A DNA stretch of 64,000 nt from positions 1 through 64,000 of IMG/VR virus record IMGVR_UViG_3300045988_073620. One strand, written 5' to 3'. Below the pieces are notes generated by a model. It ran no database searches and was not told the DNA's origin. It saw nothing but the letters and a program-made list of their open reading frames with translations. The first letter of the stretch is position 1; every line of letters begins with the position of its first letter. The translations under genes and the position numbers were made by a program. The DNA comes from a virus. Positions 35,288 to 44,658 of this stretch are shown one piece after another.

Positions 35288-35920
35288 TTATTTACTTTCT
35301 GGTTCATTAGTTATCTTTTGCGGAGATAAATATCTTGAAAAATATTCTTCCGCTTTGCTCTTTTCTTCTTTCTTTTCGCTACTCTTTCCGCCGCCCGGAT
35401 TAGGTGTCTTTTCAAGTACTTCCTTTTCCCAAGCTGCTTTGGCATCTGCAAGTGATGTTTTATTTGCTTCGGAAATTCCATTAACAAAGCTTTGAACTTC
35501 CTTCATTACGTCCTCAGTTTTATCTACTGGCATAGATGCAAAAGCTTTGATAGCACTTGCATATGCTTCAGTCGAAAGACCTGCATTGGCAAACGCTGAT
35601 GTAATCTCACTTGTAAGAGCTTTTTTATTGGATTCAGCAAGTGCAGCTTTTAAATCGGCAAGCTCTTTATCCACTGCTTCCTTTTCTTTCCGACGTTCAT
35701 CTTCCTGTTTCTCGGCATCTGTCATATTCTGCTGTTTCAGCTCTTCCAATTCTTTTTCAAGGTCTGCTGCCTTGTTGGCTTTTTCTTGTAATGAAGCATT
35801 TTTGTCTTTTTCTTTCTTTACTTCTCCTGTAACGGAATCAAGGTATTTAGACACCTGTTCATCAGATGGTTCCTCAATTCCCATACCGATAAGTACCTGT
35901 TTTGCCTGTTCTCTTGTCAT
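35288..35920 (-). CDS. scaffolding protein
   Basis: E/K/A-rich coiled coil. Start at MTREQAKQ behind AAAGGAG. Confidence 0.75.
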   Translation of the reverse strand: MTREQAKQVLIGMGIEEPSDEQVSKYLDSVTGEVKKEKDKNASLQEKANKAADLEKELEELKQQNMTDAEKQEDERRKEKEAVDKELADLKAALAESNKKALTSEITSAFANAGLSTEAYASAIKAFASMPVDKTEDVMKEVQSFVNGISEANKTSLADAKAAWEKEVLEKTPNPGGGKSSEKKEEKSKAEEYFSRYLSPQKITNEPESK

Positions 35921-36079
35921 GAAATCTCCTTTCTTCCAGACCAACACGCTTTGTTCACACGGTTCGCTCCGCACATGATCTGCACCCGATTTGCGCTCAC
36001 GGGCTGTTGCAATATTTTTGAGTATTAAAAAAGGAATCCCAGTTTCCCAAGATTCCTTAAATAATTGATGTAAAAACGT

Positions 36080-37567
36080 TTATTCTTCATCAGTGGAAGA
36101 AATTATTGCTGATTGATTTTGAATTGATTTCTGACTAAAATCTTTAATCAATTCTTGTGCTTTTTGCATTTCTGCGTCTGGGTTTGCCAGTTCAGGATAA
36201 ACAGTTCCAAGATATGGTAAGCTCATTTCATATACCTTTTGTGGATCACTAAATAATCCGCAAGTAATCAGTGCAATAAGCGGATGAATTTTATTTTTGA
36301 ACAGATAATCAAGCGCCTGTGCTTTAACAAGCATGTTATCTGTCGGGTTTCTGGTGATTTTTACATCAAAATCTCTGGTCGAAATATTTACATCCATTGA
36401 AGTTTTTCGAATGATATTCAAAATGATTCTGGCAGATGCTTTTTCAGCTTCTTTCGTAAATGCTTCTACCAATTTTGCTTCTCTCTCCGCAAAATCCCAA
36501 CCGTTCCTCAGATATACTGCATTTCCTGTGTCTCCGCCGGTGTTGCTCTGCCGATTTGGCATTGCTTCTACAATCAGCATATTGTTGTAAATATCATCTT
36601 TAGCAACCTGGCTCTCTGACTGATTTAGTTCAGCAGTCATTAAGTCAACGTCTGATTGTGTTCCGTTGCCTACATCTTTTACAGATACAGCACCGAGTTT
36701 TATCATTTTTACAAATTCTGCTTCGTCAATCTCACAGTTTTTGAATTTCATCAGAGCTTGTACGAACTGTTCAACCCCATTCAGTCTGTCAGATTGATAC
36801 TTATTGATTGCATCATACATTGTGATCGCAATTTCGATGTCGGAAAGTCTGTCGTGATTATTTGGATATTCAATGATAGGAATACCGCCAAAACCATTGA
36901 TTCCAGATTCTGTTACCTTTCCGTTCTGGATTTTGAAATACATTTTTGAAGAATAGCAGAGATAATATTGCTGATTATCTTCGTTTTTAAGTATCTGTAC
37001 CGAAAGCATCGGTTTCCCATTTCCGGATGAATATACGATATAAGCATCCCACGGACACGGTATGAAGATTCTGAATGGCGGTAAGTCTCCATCCTTTGTC
37101 CATTCATCCTCTCTCAGGATTGCTTTATATGCAGTTCCTACTGCACTCTGGTATATTCCAAGCTGAATGTTTCTGGCGTCTGCATTGGCTTCGTCCAGAT
37201 AATCATTGAGCCTATCAACTTGTTCGTTTGTTTTTTCACTCGCTTTTTTCTTCTTGCAGACATACTGAATAGGTTCTCCGTATATCTGTCCTGCCTTGAA
37301 TTTGACTGTTTCAAGGGCATGATTCTCAACAACTTTATTGTTGACCTCTGGGCGAACAAGTTTTTCACGATATAAAATTGGCTGATCGCCCTTGTAATAT
37401 CTATAAAGGTAATCCATCAGGGTTCTATTTCTGTTATGGATTCCGATTGTATCAGAAAGGACCTGTGCCACATTCTGGGGAGTAATCTGGTCTACGCCAG
37501 TATAGGCAATTTTTCTGCCAAACTCGCCTTGGCATAGGTCAACAAAATTTGTTTTGTTTCTCCCCAC
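36080..37567 (-). CDS. portal protein (GTG start behind AGGAGG)
   Basis: About 495 aa, lying between TerL and the scaffold. The ATG at 37606 falls inside the conserved leader hairpin, so it was not used. Confidence 0.85.
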   Translation of the reverse strand: MGRNKTNFVDLCQGEFGRKIAYTGVDQITPQNVAQVLSDTIGIHNRNRTLMDYLYRYYKGDQPILYREKLVRPEVNNKVVENHALETVKFKAGQIYGEPIQYVCKKKKASEKTNEQVDRLNDYLDEANADARNIQLGIYQSAVGTAYKAILREDEWTKDGDLPPFRIFIPCPWDAYIVYSSGNGKPMLSVQILKNEDNQQYYLCYSSKMYFKIQNGKVTESGINGFGGIPIIEYPNNHDRLSDIEIAITMYDAINKYQSDRLNGVEQFVQALMKFKNCEIDEAEFVKMIKLGAVSVKDVGNGTQSDVDLMTAELNQSESQVAKDDIYNNMLIVEAMPNRQSNTGGDTGNAVYLRNGWDFAEREAKLVEAFTKEAEKASARIILNIIRKTSMDVNISTRDFDVKITRNPTDNMLVKAQALDYLFKNKIHPLIALITCGLFSDPQKVYEMSLPYLGTVYPELANPDAEMQKAQELIKDFSQKSIQNQSAIISSTDEE

Positions 37568-37680
37568 TGCCTGTCCTCCTATTTTTCTGCATGAAAAAAG
37601 CACCAAGGTTTGACCTCAGTGCTTATTTTACAGCTTATATTATACAACTTTTTTAAGTATGGTTCAGTATGAAGTTTATG
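37568..37680 (-). promoter_or_regulatory. late regulatory cassette copy 1
   Basis: CTTCATACTGAACCATAC, then 13 nt, TATAAT, hairpin AAGCAC...GTGCTT + TTTTTCATGC, then the RBS. Confidence 0.65.
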
Positions 37681-38095
37681 AATCAAATCCTTTTAATATT
37701 TTTATAGCAGATATTGCATCCAGGTGAAGTTCTTTTGTTCTTTGGTAAGAATAGCCTACTTCATCGGCAATTATATCGAGTGGTTTCCCCTCAATATATT
37801 TCTTAAACAGAATATCGTACAGCACAGGATTTTTCACAGAGTCAATTACCCTGACCACTTCCGACCTTATTTCAATATACTCATATGTGATATCTTGAAT
37901 TTCAGACTGCAAATCCACAATCTTTGCAACTAAGTCACCAACTTTATCATGACTGGGAGATGTTTGAACCCGTTCTCCGTAAGAGAATGAATTTAATCCC
38001 ATTGCGTGAGATTTTAGCTGCTCAATTTCTATGTACTTATTGTTGATTATTTTATTGCAACGCTGAATTTGCCCTAAATATTCTCTTGTGGTCAT
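37676..38095 (-). CDS. sigma-70 region-4 / ArpU-RinA-like late regulator candidate
   Basis: The C-terminus ...LDIIADEVGYSYQRTKELHLDAISAIK resembles an HTH. Confidence 0.5.
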   Translation of the reverse strand: MTTREYLGQIQRCNKIINNKYIEIEQLKSHAMGLNSFSYGERVQTSPSHDKVGDLVAKIVDLQSEIQDITYEYIEIRSEVVRVIDSVKNPVLYDILFKKYIEGKPLDIIADEVGYSYQRTKELHLDAISAIKILKGFDS

Positions 38096-38098
38096 ATA

Positions 38099-39850
38099 TT
38101 ATCTCCTTCCCCAGAGTGGATTGTGTACTGCCTTTACGACGCCCGTACCACTTCCATTTTTTAAAAACACAGCTAAGCTGGCAAGCGCGTCGGGCGCATC
38201 ATCATGCTTATTCTTTCCTGTCATAGTAAATGAATACACATTATTCATGAATTTTCTGTATTCGGCATTTTGATATCCAGTATCTCTGAAATAAAATCTT
38301 CTGATATTTTCTGCGTTGTCCCATATTCGCTGCTCTTTTCTTACTGCAGACTTTGGGGCGTGTCCCCCATTATTTAAAATCATCTGCTGTGCATATTTAG
38401 AGGTAAGATTTGTTTCGTATCCTTGTTTTTGCAATTCAGCTCCAACCTCATCCTTATATCCCTCGCCACCTGCATTGGCTTCAAAAAAAGCATTGGTTAT
38501 TTTATTGTTAATAATTGATGCTACAACTTTTGGCATAGTATATATCTTCTCAGCGTTGTCATACACAACATCGTGAATATATACAGAACCATCTTCGTAC
38601 ACATAAGCTACCGGCATTGCCAAATAGTCGCTTCCGCCTAAAGCAACGTCGCACGCAGACACAACTTTTAAAGGTTCTTCGTCTGGAAGCTGTCCGTTAT
38701 AGAAATTCATGTGTTGAGAATTAAATAATGCTCCATCTCTTTCAATTGGCTCCTGCTGATACTGAGCCAACCATCCTGCCATGTCGTCATTTTCTTCAAA
38801 TTTAGATCGAATAGTACGATAGTACTTTGTACTATAACCCACTCCGTAGTCATAATCGAAATTGCTTTCATCCGTTTCCGGGTCAAGAGCAGAGATTTTT
38901 AACACATCATATCGAATATCTTTTGCTTCTGGATTATTTTGTAAAAACGAAAGCCTGTCCATGTAAAGATCATGCAACGACCAAATAGTACCGTTTAAAA
39001 TCAGTTTGCACTGTTCTTTCTTTCGAGACATAACATTGTTGTCAAATACGATCTGCTTCCTTCGGAGTATATCCGGGTTCAATACGTCTTGAATACCTTC
39101 CAAGATATCATCCAGAATCAGCCAGCCATATGCGTCATACTCACCATTCAAACCAGATTCCAAACCTTTCCCAGACAAAGTGGCATATTTTTTCTTTCGT
39201 TCAAGGTCTACTTTATGATTTTTCGCATCTGTTCTGGCTATTTTTGAATGAAATACATCTTCATGGCAATATGTAGGGTCTGTCCAAATTTCCATAACAC
39301 CATCAAGGAACGCACCACCAAGTCCCTCTTTGTATGTGACATAAAGGTTACTTATTTCTGTGTTTCTTGCGCAATGCCAAGATGTTCCTACTGTTATAAT
39401 TTGCGATTTACCAGTTCTGGCAGGTTGATGCAGAAACAATTCGTCGAGTTTATCATCTTCAAGGGCTTGCAGCTTATCGACAACCTTTTTCAAAGTCCTT
39501 CTTCTGGGCTGATAGAAGCGTTCCTGTGGCTTCCTATTCTTTTCAATGTACAATGCGTAAGAATCCAATAAATACGGTGCTTCTAATAACAAATATTTCC
39601 AGTAAATATCGTCAAAATCTCCGCTTCCAGTGATAGCAGCTTGCCTTTCTGCGATATTGTGTGCATACTGGCTTACCTTTATTCCCATCTGTTGCGCATC
39701 TGGATTATCCTTGAAAGGAAGGTCAATATTCATATTTAACAGCAGATCAAGGCAGTCTTTCTGGTTTTGATAGACCGTCATATCACCATTAATGATTTGA
39801 TTTAGAATTGCCCGATACCATTCAAGCGAGCCTTCTGTGAATTTTTGCAT
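38099..39850 (-). CDS. terL: terminase large subunit
   Basis: Walker A-like PARTGKS, Walker B-like WLILDDI and the nuclease-domain motif ...KNKHDDAPDALA. Confidence 0.9.
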   Translation of the reverse strand: MQKFTEGSLEWYRAILNQIINGDMTVYQNQKDCLDLLLNMNIDLPFKDNPDAQQMGIKVSQYAHNIAERQAAITGSGDFDDIYWKYLLLEAPYLLDSYALYIEKNRKPQERFYQPRRRTLKKVVDKLQALEDDKLDELFLHQPARTGKSQIITVGTSWHCARNTEISNLYVTYKEGLGGAFLDGVMEIWTDPTYCHEDVFHSKIARTDAKNHKVDLERKKKYATLSGKGLESGLNGEYDAYGWLILDDILEGIQDVLNPDILRRKQIVFDNNVMSRKKEQCKLILNGTIWSLHDLYMDRLSFLQNNPEAKDIRYDVLKISALDPETDESNFDYDYGVGYSTKYYRTIRSKFEENDDMAGWLAQYQQEPIERDGALFNSQHMNFYNGQLPDEEPLKVVSACDVALGGSDYLAMPVAYVYEDGSVYIHDVVYDNAEKIYTMPKVVASIINNKITNAFFEANAGGEGYKDEVGAELQKQGYETNLTSKYAQQMILNNGGHAPKSAVRKEQRIWDNAENIRRFYFRDTGYQNAEYRKFMNNVYSFTMTGKNKHDDAPDALASLAVFLKNGSGTGVVKAVHNPLWGRR

Positions 39851-39924
39851 AAAAATAGAGCCAGACCTCCTTTCTTCTTAGGATTTAGGCTGGCTCTCAT
39901 GTGGCTCTTTGACTGATTTATTTA

Positions 39925-40878
39925 TTATTCAGCATTCTCATCGGCTGTCATATCTCTTGTATCTACGATGGTAGAAGTGTTACTTCCCTGAATCTTCGGA
40001 ACTTCACCATTCCATTTATCAATTTTCTGTTTTTCAATCAGTTCAGGAGTAAGTGATTCTGCAATTTTTCTATTTGCTTCCGCTTCGGCTTCAGCTTTAA
40101 TCTTAATAGCTTCAGATTTGCCTTCTGCATCAATTTTGGCTTGTTCTGCCTGAATAGTTGCTTTTTCTTTTTCCTGTTCAGCAGCAATCAGTGCAACTTC
40201 TTTATCTTTATCGGCTTGTACTTTGGCTGTTTTAGCTTCAATATTGGCCAATTCAAGCTCTTGCTGTGCATTTACTTTCTTTTGGATTGCAGCTTGTGTT
40301 TCATCATCAGTGGAAATAGAAGTAAAGTTTACTGTATCAATAATGATTCCGTATGGTTCAAACTTCCGTTTAAGATATTCGTCAAGTGCTTCATTCAATT
40401 CCTGACGCTTATCGCCGAAAACATCTGTTACCGGATACTTCGCAGTTACTTCCTGCGTCCATGCTTTCATTTTCGGCTTAATAAAGGTGTTTTTCACGGA
40501 TTCCCCGGATTGACCTTTGAACTGAGTAAATACATCAGTTACTCTGCTCTGGTCAAATTTATACGAAAATTCCAAATCAACTAAAAGAGATTTGCCATCT
40601 GCCGTTGGTGTCTTGAAACTTTCATCTTTTGGAGAATCGCCTTTATCTTCAGATGTAAGATAAGATTGTTCGATTCCAACAGAATACAGTGAAGTTTTTA
40701 CTGTAGGTGAAATCAAATGTCATCCCTGCGTAAGTACATTCTTGGAGATTCCCCCGTTCATTTTGTACTCGACTGCAATGTAACCGGCTGGCACCCTTAC
40801 ACTACACTTTGCAACGCATATAAGCCCTGCAATAATCACAACAGCTAATCCAATTCCACCTAAAAGTCCTTTTTTCAT
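39925..40878 (-). pseudogene. SPFH/band-7 (prohibitin-like) protein interrupted by one in-frame TGA at 40720-40722
   Basis: GAGGAGG+ATG at 40878 opens MKKGLLGGIGLAVVIIAGLICV...VPAGYIAVEY...VLTQG, then TGA, then in-frame HLISPTVK... plus 263 codons of SPFH and coiled coil. Confidence 0.7.
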
Positions 40879-41039
40879 TCTTTGTCCTCCTCATTTTGGC
40901 TTTCATCTTTATTTAGCTCATCAATAGCATTTCTGCCAATGTGATTCAACAATTTACCTAGTGGTTGAAATAATTTGTAAAGCAGAAACCATACTGCCAC
41001 TGCTCCGCATATCACTAGAAATATAAATACTGGATTCAT
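40875..41039 (-). CDS. small membrane protein (54 aa)
   Basis: Hand translation gives MNPVFIFLVICGAVAVWFLLYKLF.... Its stop overlaps the ATG of the SPFH gene. Confidence 0.5.
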   Translation of the reverse strand: MNPVFIFLVICGAVAVWFLLYKLFQPLGKLLNHIGRNAIDELNKDESQNEEDKE

Positions 41040-41048
41040 AAATTCACC

Positions 41049-41225
41049 TCAATCCGGAATCCCTAACTGTTTATAAGTAAATACCGCTGTATACTTTTTT
41101 CCGCATTTGTAGCAAGTTTCCGTAATAGTGCAAGTCTTTTCTTTGTCATTGCATTTTGATTCTGTATCCGAACTTTTGAACTTGCATCCACCTGTTAAAA
41201 AACATTTAATCCGTTTTCTGTTCAT
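41049..41225 (-). CDS. Cys-rich small protein
   Basis: MNRKRIKCFLTGGCKF...CYKCGKK, coupled to the upstream gene by an ATGA overlap. Confidence 0.5.
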   Translation of the reverse strand: MNRKRIKCFLTGGCKFKSSDTESKCNDKEKTCTITETCYKCGKKYTAVFTYKQLGIPD

Positions 41226-41455
41226 ACATTCACCATAAATTCTTTCTTGCAGTTGCTTCCCTTGCATTTGTACGGCATCCGATGAATTTTTGTGGTGGGG
41301 AGAATTTTCAGTGCCTTTTTGAAGCAATAAGGACATATCACCCATTTTTCGCCGTTTACCGTTTTGATCTGTGCTATCCCGTCCCACGGTTCTGGTGGGT
41401 TCATTACCTGAGAGAAATCTATCCCCTCAGATTCAAGTGCTGATTTGATGCTCAC
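41222..41455 (-). CDS. Cys-rich KTR-like zinc-ribbon protein
   Basis: Contains ...WVICPYCFKKALKILPTTKIHRMPYKCKGSNCKKEFMVNV. Confidence 0.55.
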   Translation of the reverse strand: MSIKSALESEGIDFSQVMNPPEPWDGIAQIKTVNGEKWVICPYCFKKALKILPTTKIHRMPYKCKGSNCKKEFMVNV

Positions 41456-41724
41456 TTTAATCTCCTATTCTTTTTATGCTTAATGCCTTTACGTTTCCGT
41501 TTAAGATAAATTCTCATTTTGCTTCTTACATTATTGCTGAATTGATTGTGAAACTTCCTCTTTCTCTTTCTTCCGGCAATCTGTCTTATTTTGCGTTTTC
41601 CATGCATTTTAAGATAATTGTTTTTATACGAAGCAATGCATGTTTTAAACGCTCCTGAAGAAAGATATATGCTTTGAACGGCTTCTATCCAAGGGCTACT
41701 AAGTAAATATGCATTATCTTTCAT
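41452..41724 (-). CDS. highly basic protein (K/R-rich C-terminal half)
   Basis: ORF track. The C-terminal half contains ...GRKRKRKF...KRKRKGIKHKKNRRLK. Confidence 0.5.
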   Translation of the reverse strand: MKDNAYLLSSPWIEAVQSIYLSSGAFKTCIASYKNNYLKMHGKRKIRQIAGRKRKRKFHNQFSNNVRSKMRIYLKRKRKGIKHKKNRRLK

Positions 41725-41730
41725 GCTTTC

Positions 41731-42210
41731 TCACTCCTTTATGTCTATTCCTCTTCCAGCTTTGTAACAATCTGCTATATATGTTCTATGTACATCTTCC
41801 ATAGGCTGACAATCTTTTTTATCAAGTAATGTGGCCTTTGCGTTATAAATTGTCTTAATCCTATCAGATTCGAGATAAAATTCACTATGAAATTTAGTTT
41901 TGCAGTTCATGCAAATCCATTCTGCGTCAGTTCTCAAGCCTGCAGCATCTACATCACCGCAAAAGAAATCCACTCCTGTATTGATTACTACTCCTCCGCA
42001 AAACGGACATTTACGTTTGTCTCGTAACGATAAATTATTTTCCATAATTTTATTTTTCTTGCCCTTCCTGTGCTTTATTTGACACTCGATCATCTTTGCT
42101 ACATTCTCACGTTCCTGTTTTATTCCATGCCCCTGACGAAATAACTCGCATTCGAGAATATTTCCACATCTGGAACATTCGTCTTTGATTTCTTTGCCGA
42201 ATACTTTCAT
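41731..42210 (-). CDS. zinc-ribbon-containing hypothetical protein
   Basis: CxxC pairs: CSRCG, CPFCGG and CMNCK. Confidence 0.55.
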   Translation of the reverse strand: MKVFGKEIKDECSRCGNILECELFRQGHGIKQERENVAKMIECQIKHRKGKKNKIMENNLSLRDKRKCPFCGGVVINTGVDFFCGDVDAAGLRTDAEWICMNCKTKFHSEFYLESDRIKTIYNAKATLLDKKDCQPMEDVHRTYIADCYKAGRGIDIKE

Positions 42211-42572
42211 TCCACATCTCCGTATATCAGCAGTTTAATAATTTGCTCTTCTGTAATTTCCTTCGCATTGATTCCAAGCCATAAATCTTTATATTGCAAA
42301 GAATTATATAGTTCATTAATTCTACTTATCCGCATTTCAAACGGTTTGTCACTTTGTAAGAAATAACTAGCTGCACCACGAAGTGTTTTTGTTCTATGAG
42401 GTGAATTAATAATAAAAATCCCTACAGTACATGTTTCCGTTTCCAAAATAAACGTTTTCCTATTGAACTGCACTATCGGTGTTTTGCTATGTATTTTATT
42501 AAATAATTTTATTAGAAAATAATCTGCATCTTTATAATCAACCGCCACGTACAACGCTGATATTTTACTCAT
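42207..42572 (-). CDS. hypothetical protein
   Basis: Start at MSKISALYV behind GGGAGGGTG. The longer track ORF runs through tRNA sequences. Confidence 0.55.
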   Translation of the reverse strand: MSKISALYVAVDYKDADYFLIKLFNKIHSKTPIVQFNRKTFILETETCTVGIFIINSPHRTKTLRGAASYFLQSDKPFEMRISRINELYNSLQYKDLWLGINAKEITEEQIIKLLIYGDVE

Positions 42573-42708
42573 TTTCAACACCCTCCCAGTATTTACAACA
42601 ATCGTCCAGACATCTAAAGTCTGCACAATGTTCACTGTCACCATTACAGCAGACGCCTTCTTCCAGTTCGTACCATTTGCATGTGCAAAAATAATCTTTT
42701 CTTTCCAT
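42565..42708 (-). CDS. Cys-rich 47-aa protein
   Basis: Hand translation gives MERKDYFCTCKWYELEEGVCCNGDSEHCADFRCLDDCCKYWEGVENE. Confidence 0.45.
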   Translation of the reverse strand: MERKDYFCTCKWYELEEGVCCNGDSEHCADFRCLDDCCKYWEGVENE

Positions 42709-42730
42709 ATTCTCTCATCAAAATAAAAAT

Positions 42731-42781
42731 TCCAGTACACGGACTCGAACCGTAACTTGCCACCCAACGTGGAGTACTGGA
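42731..42781 (-). ncRNA. 51-nt minimal tRNA-like element (acceptor + one hairpin + T-arm; no anticodon arm)
   Basis: Acceptor TCCAGTA/TACTGGA, hairpin CCAC-GTTGG-GTGG and T-arm TACGG-TTCGAGT-CCGTG. Confidence 0.5.
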
Positions 42782-42837
42782 AACCGAAGCAAGGTAAAAG
42801 AAAAAGAAATTTTTCCAATGATTGCAGTTCATTGGAA

Positions 42838-42909
42838 TCGGAATGGCAGGAATCGAACCTGCGACACATAGCTTACAATGCCATTACTCTACCACTGAGC
42901 TACATTCCA
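42838..42909 (-). tRNA. tRNA-Thr (UGU)
   Basis: Hand-folded cloverleaf: D arm GCTC-AGTGGTA-GAGT, anticodon arm ATGGC-ATTGTAA-GCTAT, T arm GCAGG-TTCGATT-CCTGC and a 7-bp acceptor. Confidence 0.85.
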
Positions 42910-42960
42910 TACCGCCTGTAATGGGCAGTTAAAAAACTGAGTTGATTTTCACCTTATATT

Positions 42961-44412
42961 TCATTCAACAGTGATACAATCGTATCTTTCTGAATTGATT
43001 GTGTTTTCCATGGCTTCAATTGGATTATATCCAAGATTCTGTAATACCTGTTTGAATACTGTTACCGACTGGCCACTTGCAAGCTGCACACCTTTTCTTG
43101 TAGCATCTGCATGAAATACATCATGTCTGCTGTCGACATTCCAGAAAATTATATTCGGAATAACATATCCGGCTTTTCGGAATTTCTTTTCCATTTTGTC
43201 ATAGAAAGACCAGTCCTTATTTCCGCTATAATCAATCTCCATATCAGAGATAACAACTATAGCTTTCGGCATTTCTTCCTGTGAAACGTTATTCTTCTCA
43301 GCAATATCGAGCACTTTCTCAAATGCAGCTTTAAGGTTTGTGCTACCGCCCCAATTTGCTTTTGCAGTATTGATTATTTTCTGGTGAAGTGTTTCGCCCT
43401 TTAATGTGACAATCTGTGGATTGCTAGAGAATGTCATAAACAAGTTATGATATGCACCCGTATTTCTCTCAGCAAAATATATCGCCAATCCGATTGATGT
43501 TGCCATTGGTCTTCCATACATTGAACCGGATACATCAGCCATAATCAAAGCGTTTGTTCCCTGTTTAACATAATCTGGAAGTGCTTTCCATTGTGCTTCA
43601 AGAACTTTGTTACTTTCTCTTCCATTAAGGATTTTCTCTACAATATCGTACGGATACAAGGTTGATGCATTGATCTTAACTTCTCCTTTATCAGCTTTAT
43701 TAATAAATTCACTAAATCCATCAGGATCATGTTTTGCAAAAGCCTTGCGATAAATCATCATTGCACGGCTTGGAACTTCTGGATATTTAATCTCGTTCCA
43801 CTTACCTGCAGATATGAGACTTTCGACAACACCTATCTGCTTTCTCATGCTGCGAACGATTCTCTTGAAGTTGTAAACTGGATAGCCTAACTTCTGTGCA
43901 GTCAGGATTCCTAGTTTTCTAGTCTTTGCACTACTTGCGTCAGCAGTTTTAATCCATTTGGCAAGCAGAGAAATTGCTTTGCCATCATTGAGATTCTTCA
44001 GATCTTCCTCGAATTGATTTTTCATGGTTTTCCACATATCATCTTCCAGTGGTGTTCCAATCAATTCATAAAGATCATCGTATCTTCCAAACACTCCAAT
44101 CAAATCAAGGTTCGGCCTGAGTGCTTCTGGATGGTGTTCCGCCATATAACGAATAATGGTTCGGAAAGTTTTTCTTTCTCCTAATCCCTCTCGAATATCT
44201 CTTGCGTAAAAAGCAATCTTCGTAGCAAAGAGTTTATCCTGCGCATATGCTTCTGAGAACAATGTAGTGGTTCTATTCTCATCAGCATCTCTTAATGCAC
44301 CAATAGTTCCGAATAGATCAAGCCTTGCGTCACTTGTGGTATTCAGCGCAACTGCGCCATTCTCGGTTCTTGTAAACTTACTTTCTTCTTTCATTGCATT
44401 TGCAAAATCCAT
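42961..44412 (-). CDS. DUF2828-like protein: helical N-terminal region + C-terminal vWA domain with MIDAS motif
   Basis: 483 aa. The C-terminal half carries ...ALIMADVSGSMYG... (DxSxS) and ...GGSTNL.... Family assignment is from memory. Confidence 0.7.
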   Translation of the reverse strand: MDFANAMKEESKFTRTENGAVALNTTSDARLDLFGTIGALRDADENRTTTLFSEAYAQDKLFATKIAFYARDIREGLGERKTFRTIIRYMAEHHPEALRPNLDLIGVFGRYDDLYELIGTPLEDDMWKTMKNQFEEDLKNLNDGKAISLLAKWIKTADASSAKTRKLGILTAQKLGYPVYNFKRIVRSMRKQIGVVESLISAGKWNEIKYPEVPSRAMMIYRKAFAKHDPDGFSEFINKADKGEVKINASTLYPYDIVEKILNGRESNKVLEAQWKALPDYVKQGTNALIMADVSGSMYGRPMATSIGLAIYFAERNTGAYHNLFMTFSSNPQIVTLKGETLHQKIINTAKANWGGSTNLKAAFEKVLDIAEKNNVSQEEMPKAIVVISDMEIDYSGNKDWSFYDKMEKKFRKAGYVIPNIIFWNVDSRHDVFHADATRKGVQLASGQSVTVFKQVLQNLGYNPIEAMENTINSERYDCITVE

Positions 44413-44566
44413 GTTTTTCTCCTTTCAGGACACAAAATATAAAATACACGCCTAAGATTTTATTTAAGAATGAGTTGCTGTAAGTGTCCCATATTTTTCT
44501 TCATGATGCTTTTGGTTTTCATAATTAACAGTTATGTCCAAATGAATTGCTGTAAGCATCACATAA

Positions 44567-44657
44567 TTGCCCCAACAGGATTTGAACCTATAAAATTATT
44601 TGCAGTAAAGAACACAGACATGTTCCGTCGGTTTCCCACAACCGACAAACTGGGGCA
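44567..44657 (-). ncRNA. 91-nt non-canonical tRNA-like RNA
   Basis: Perfect 7-bp acceptor TGCCCCA/TGGGGCA and T-arm ATAGG-TTCAAAT-CCTGT. The core has hairpins GTCGGTT-N6-AACCGAC and GAACA-TGTCTG-TGTTC (6-nt loop) but no standard anticodon arm. Confidence 0.5.
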
Positions 44658-44658
44658 G

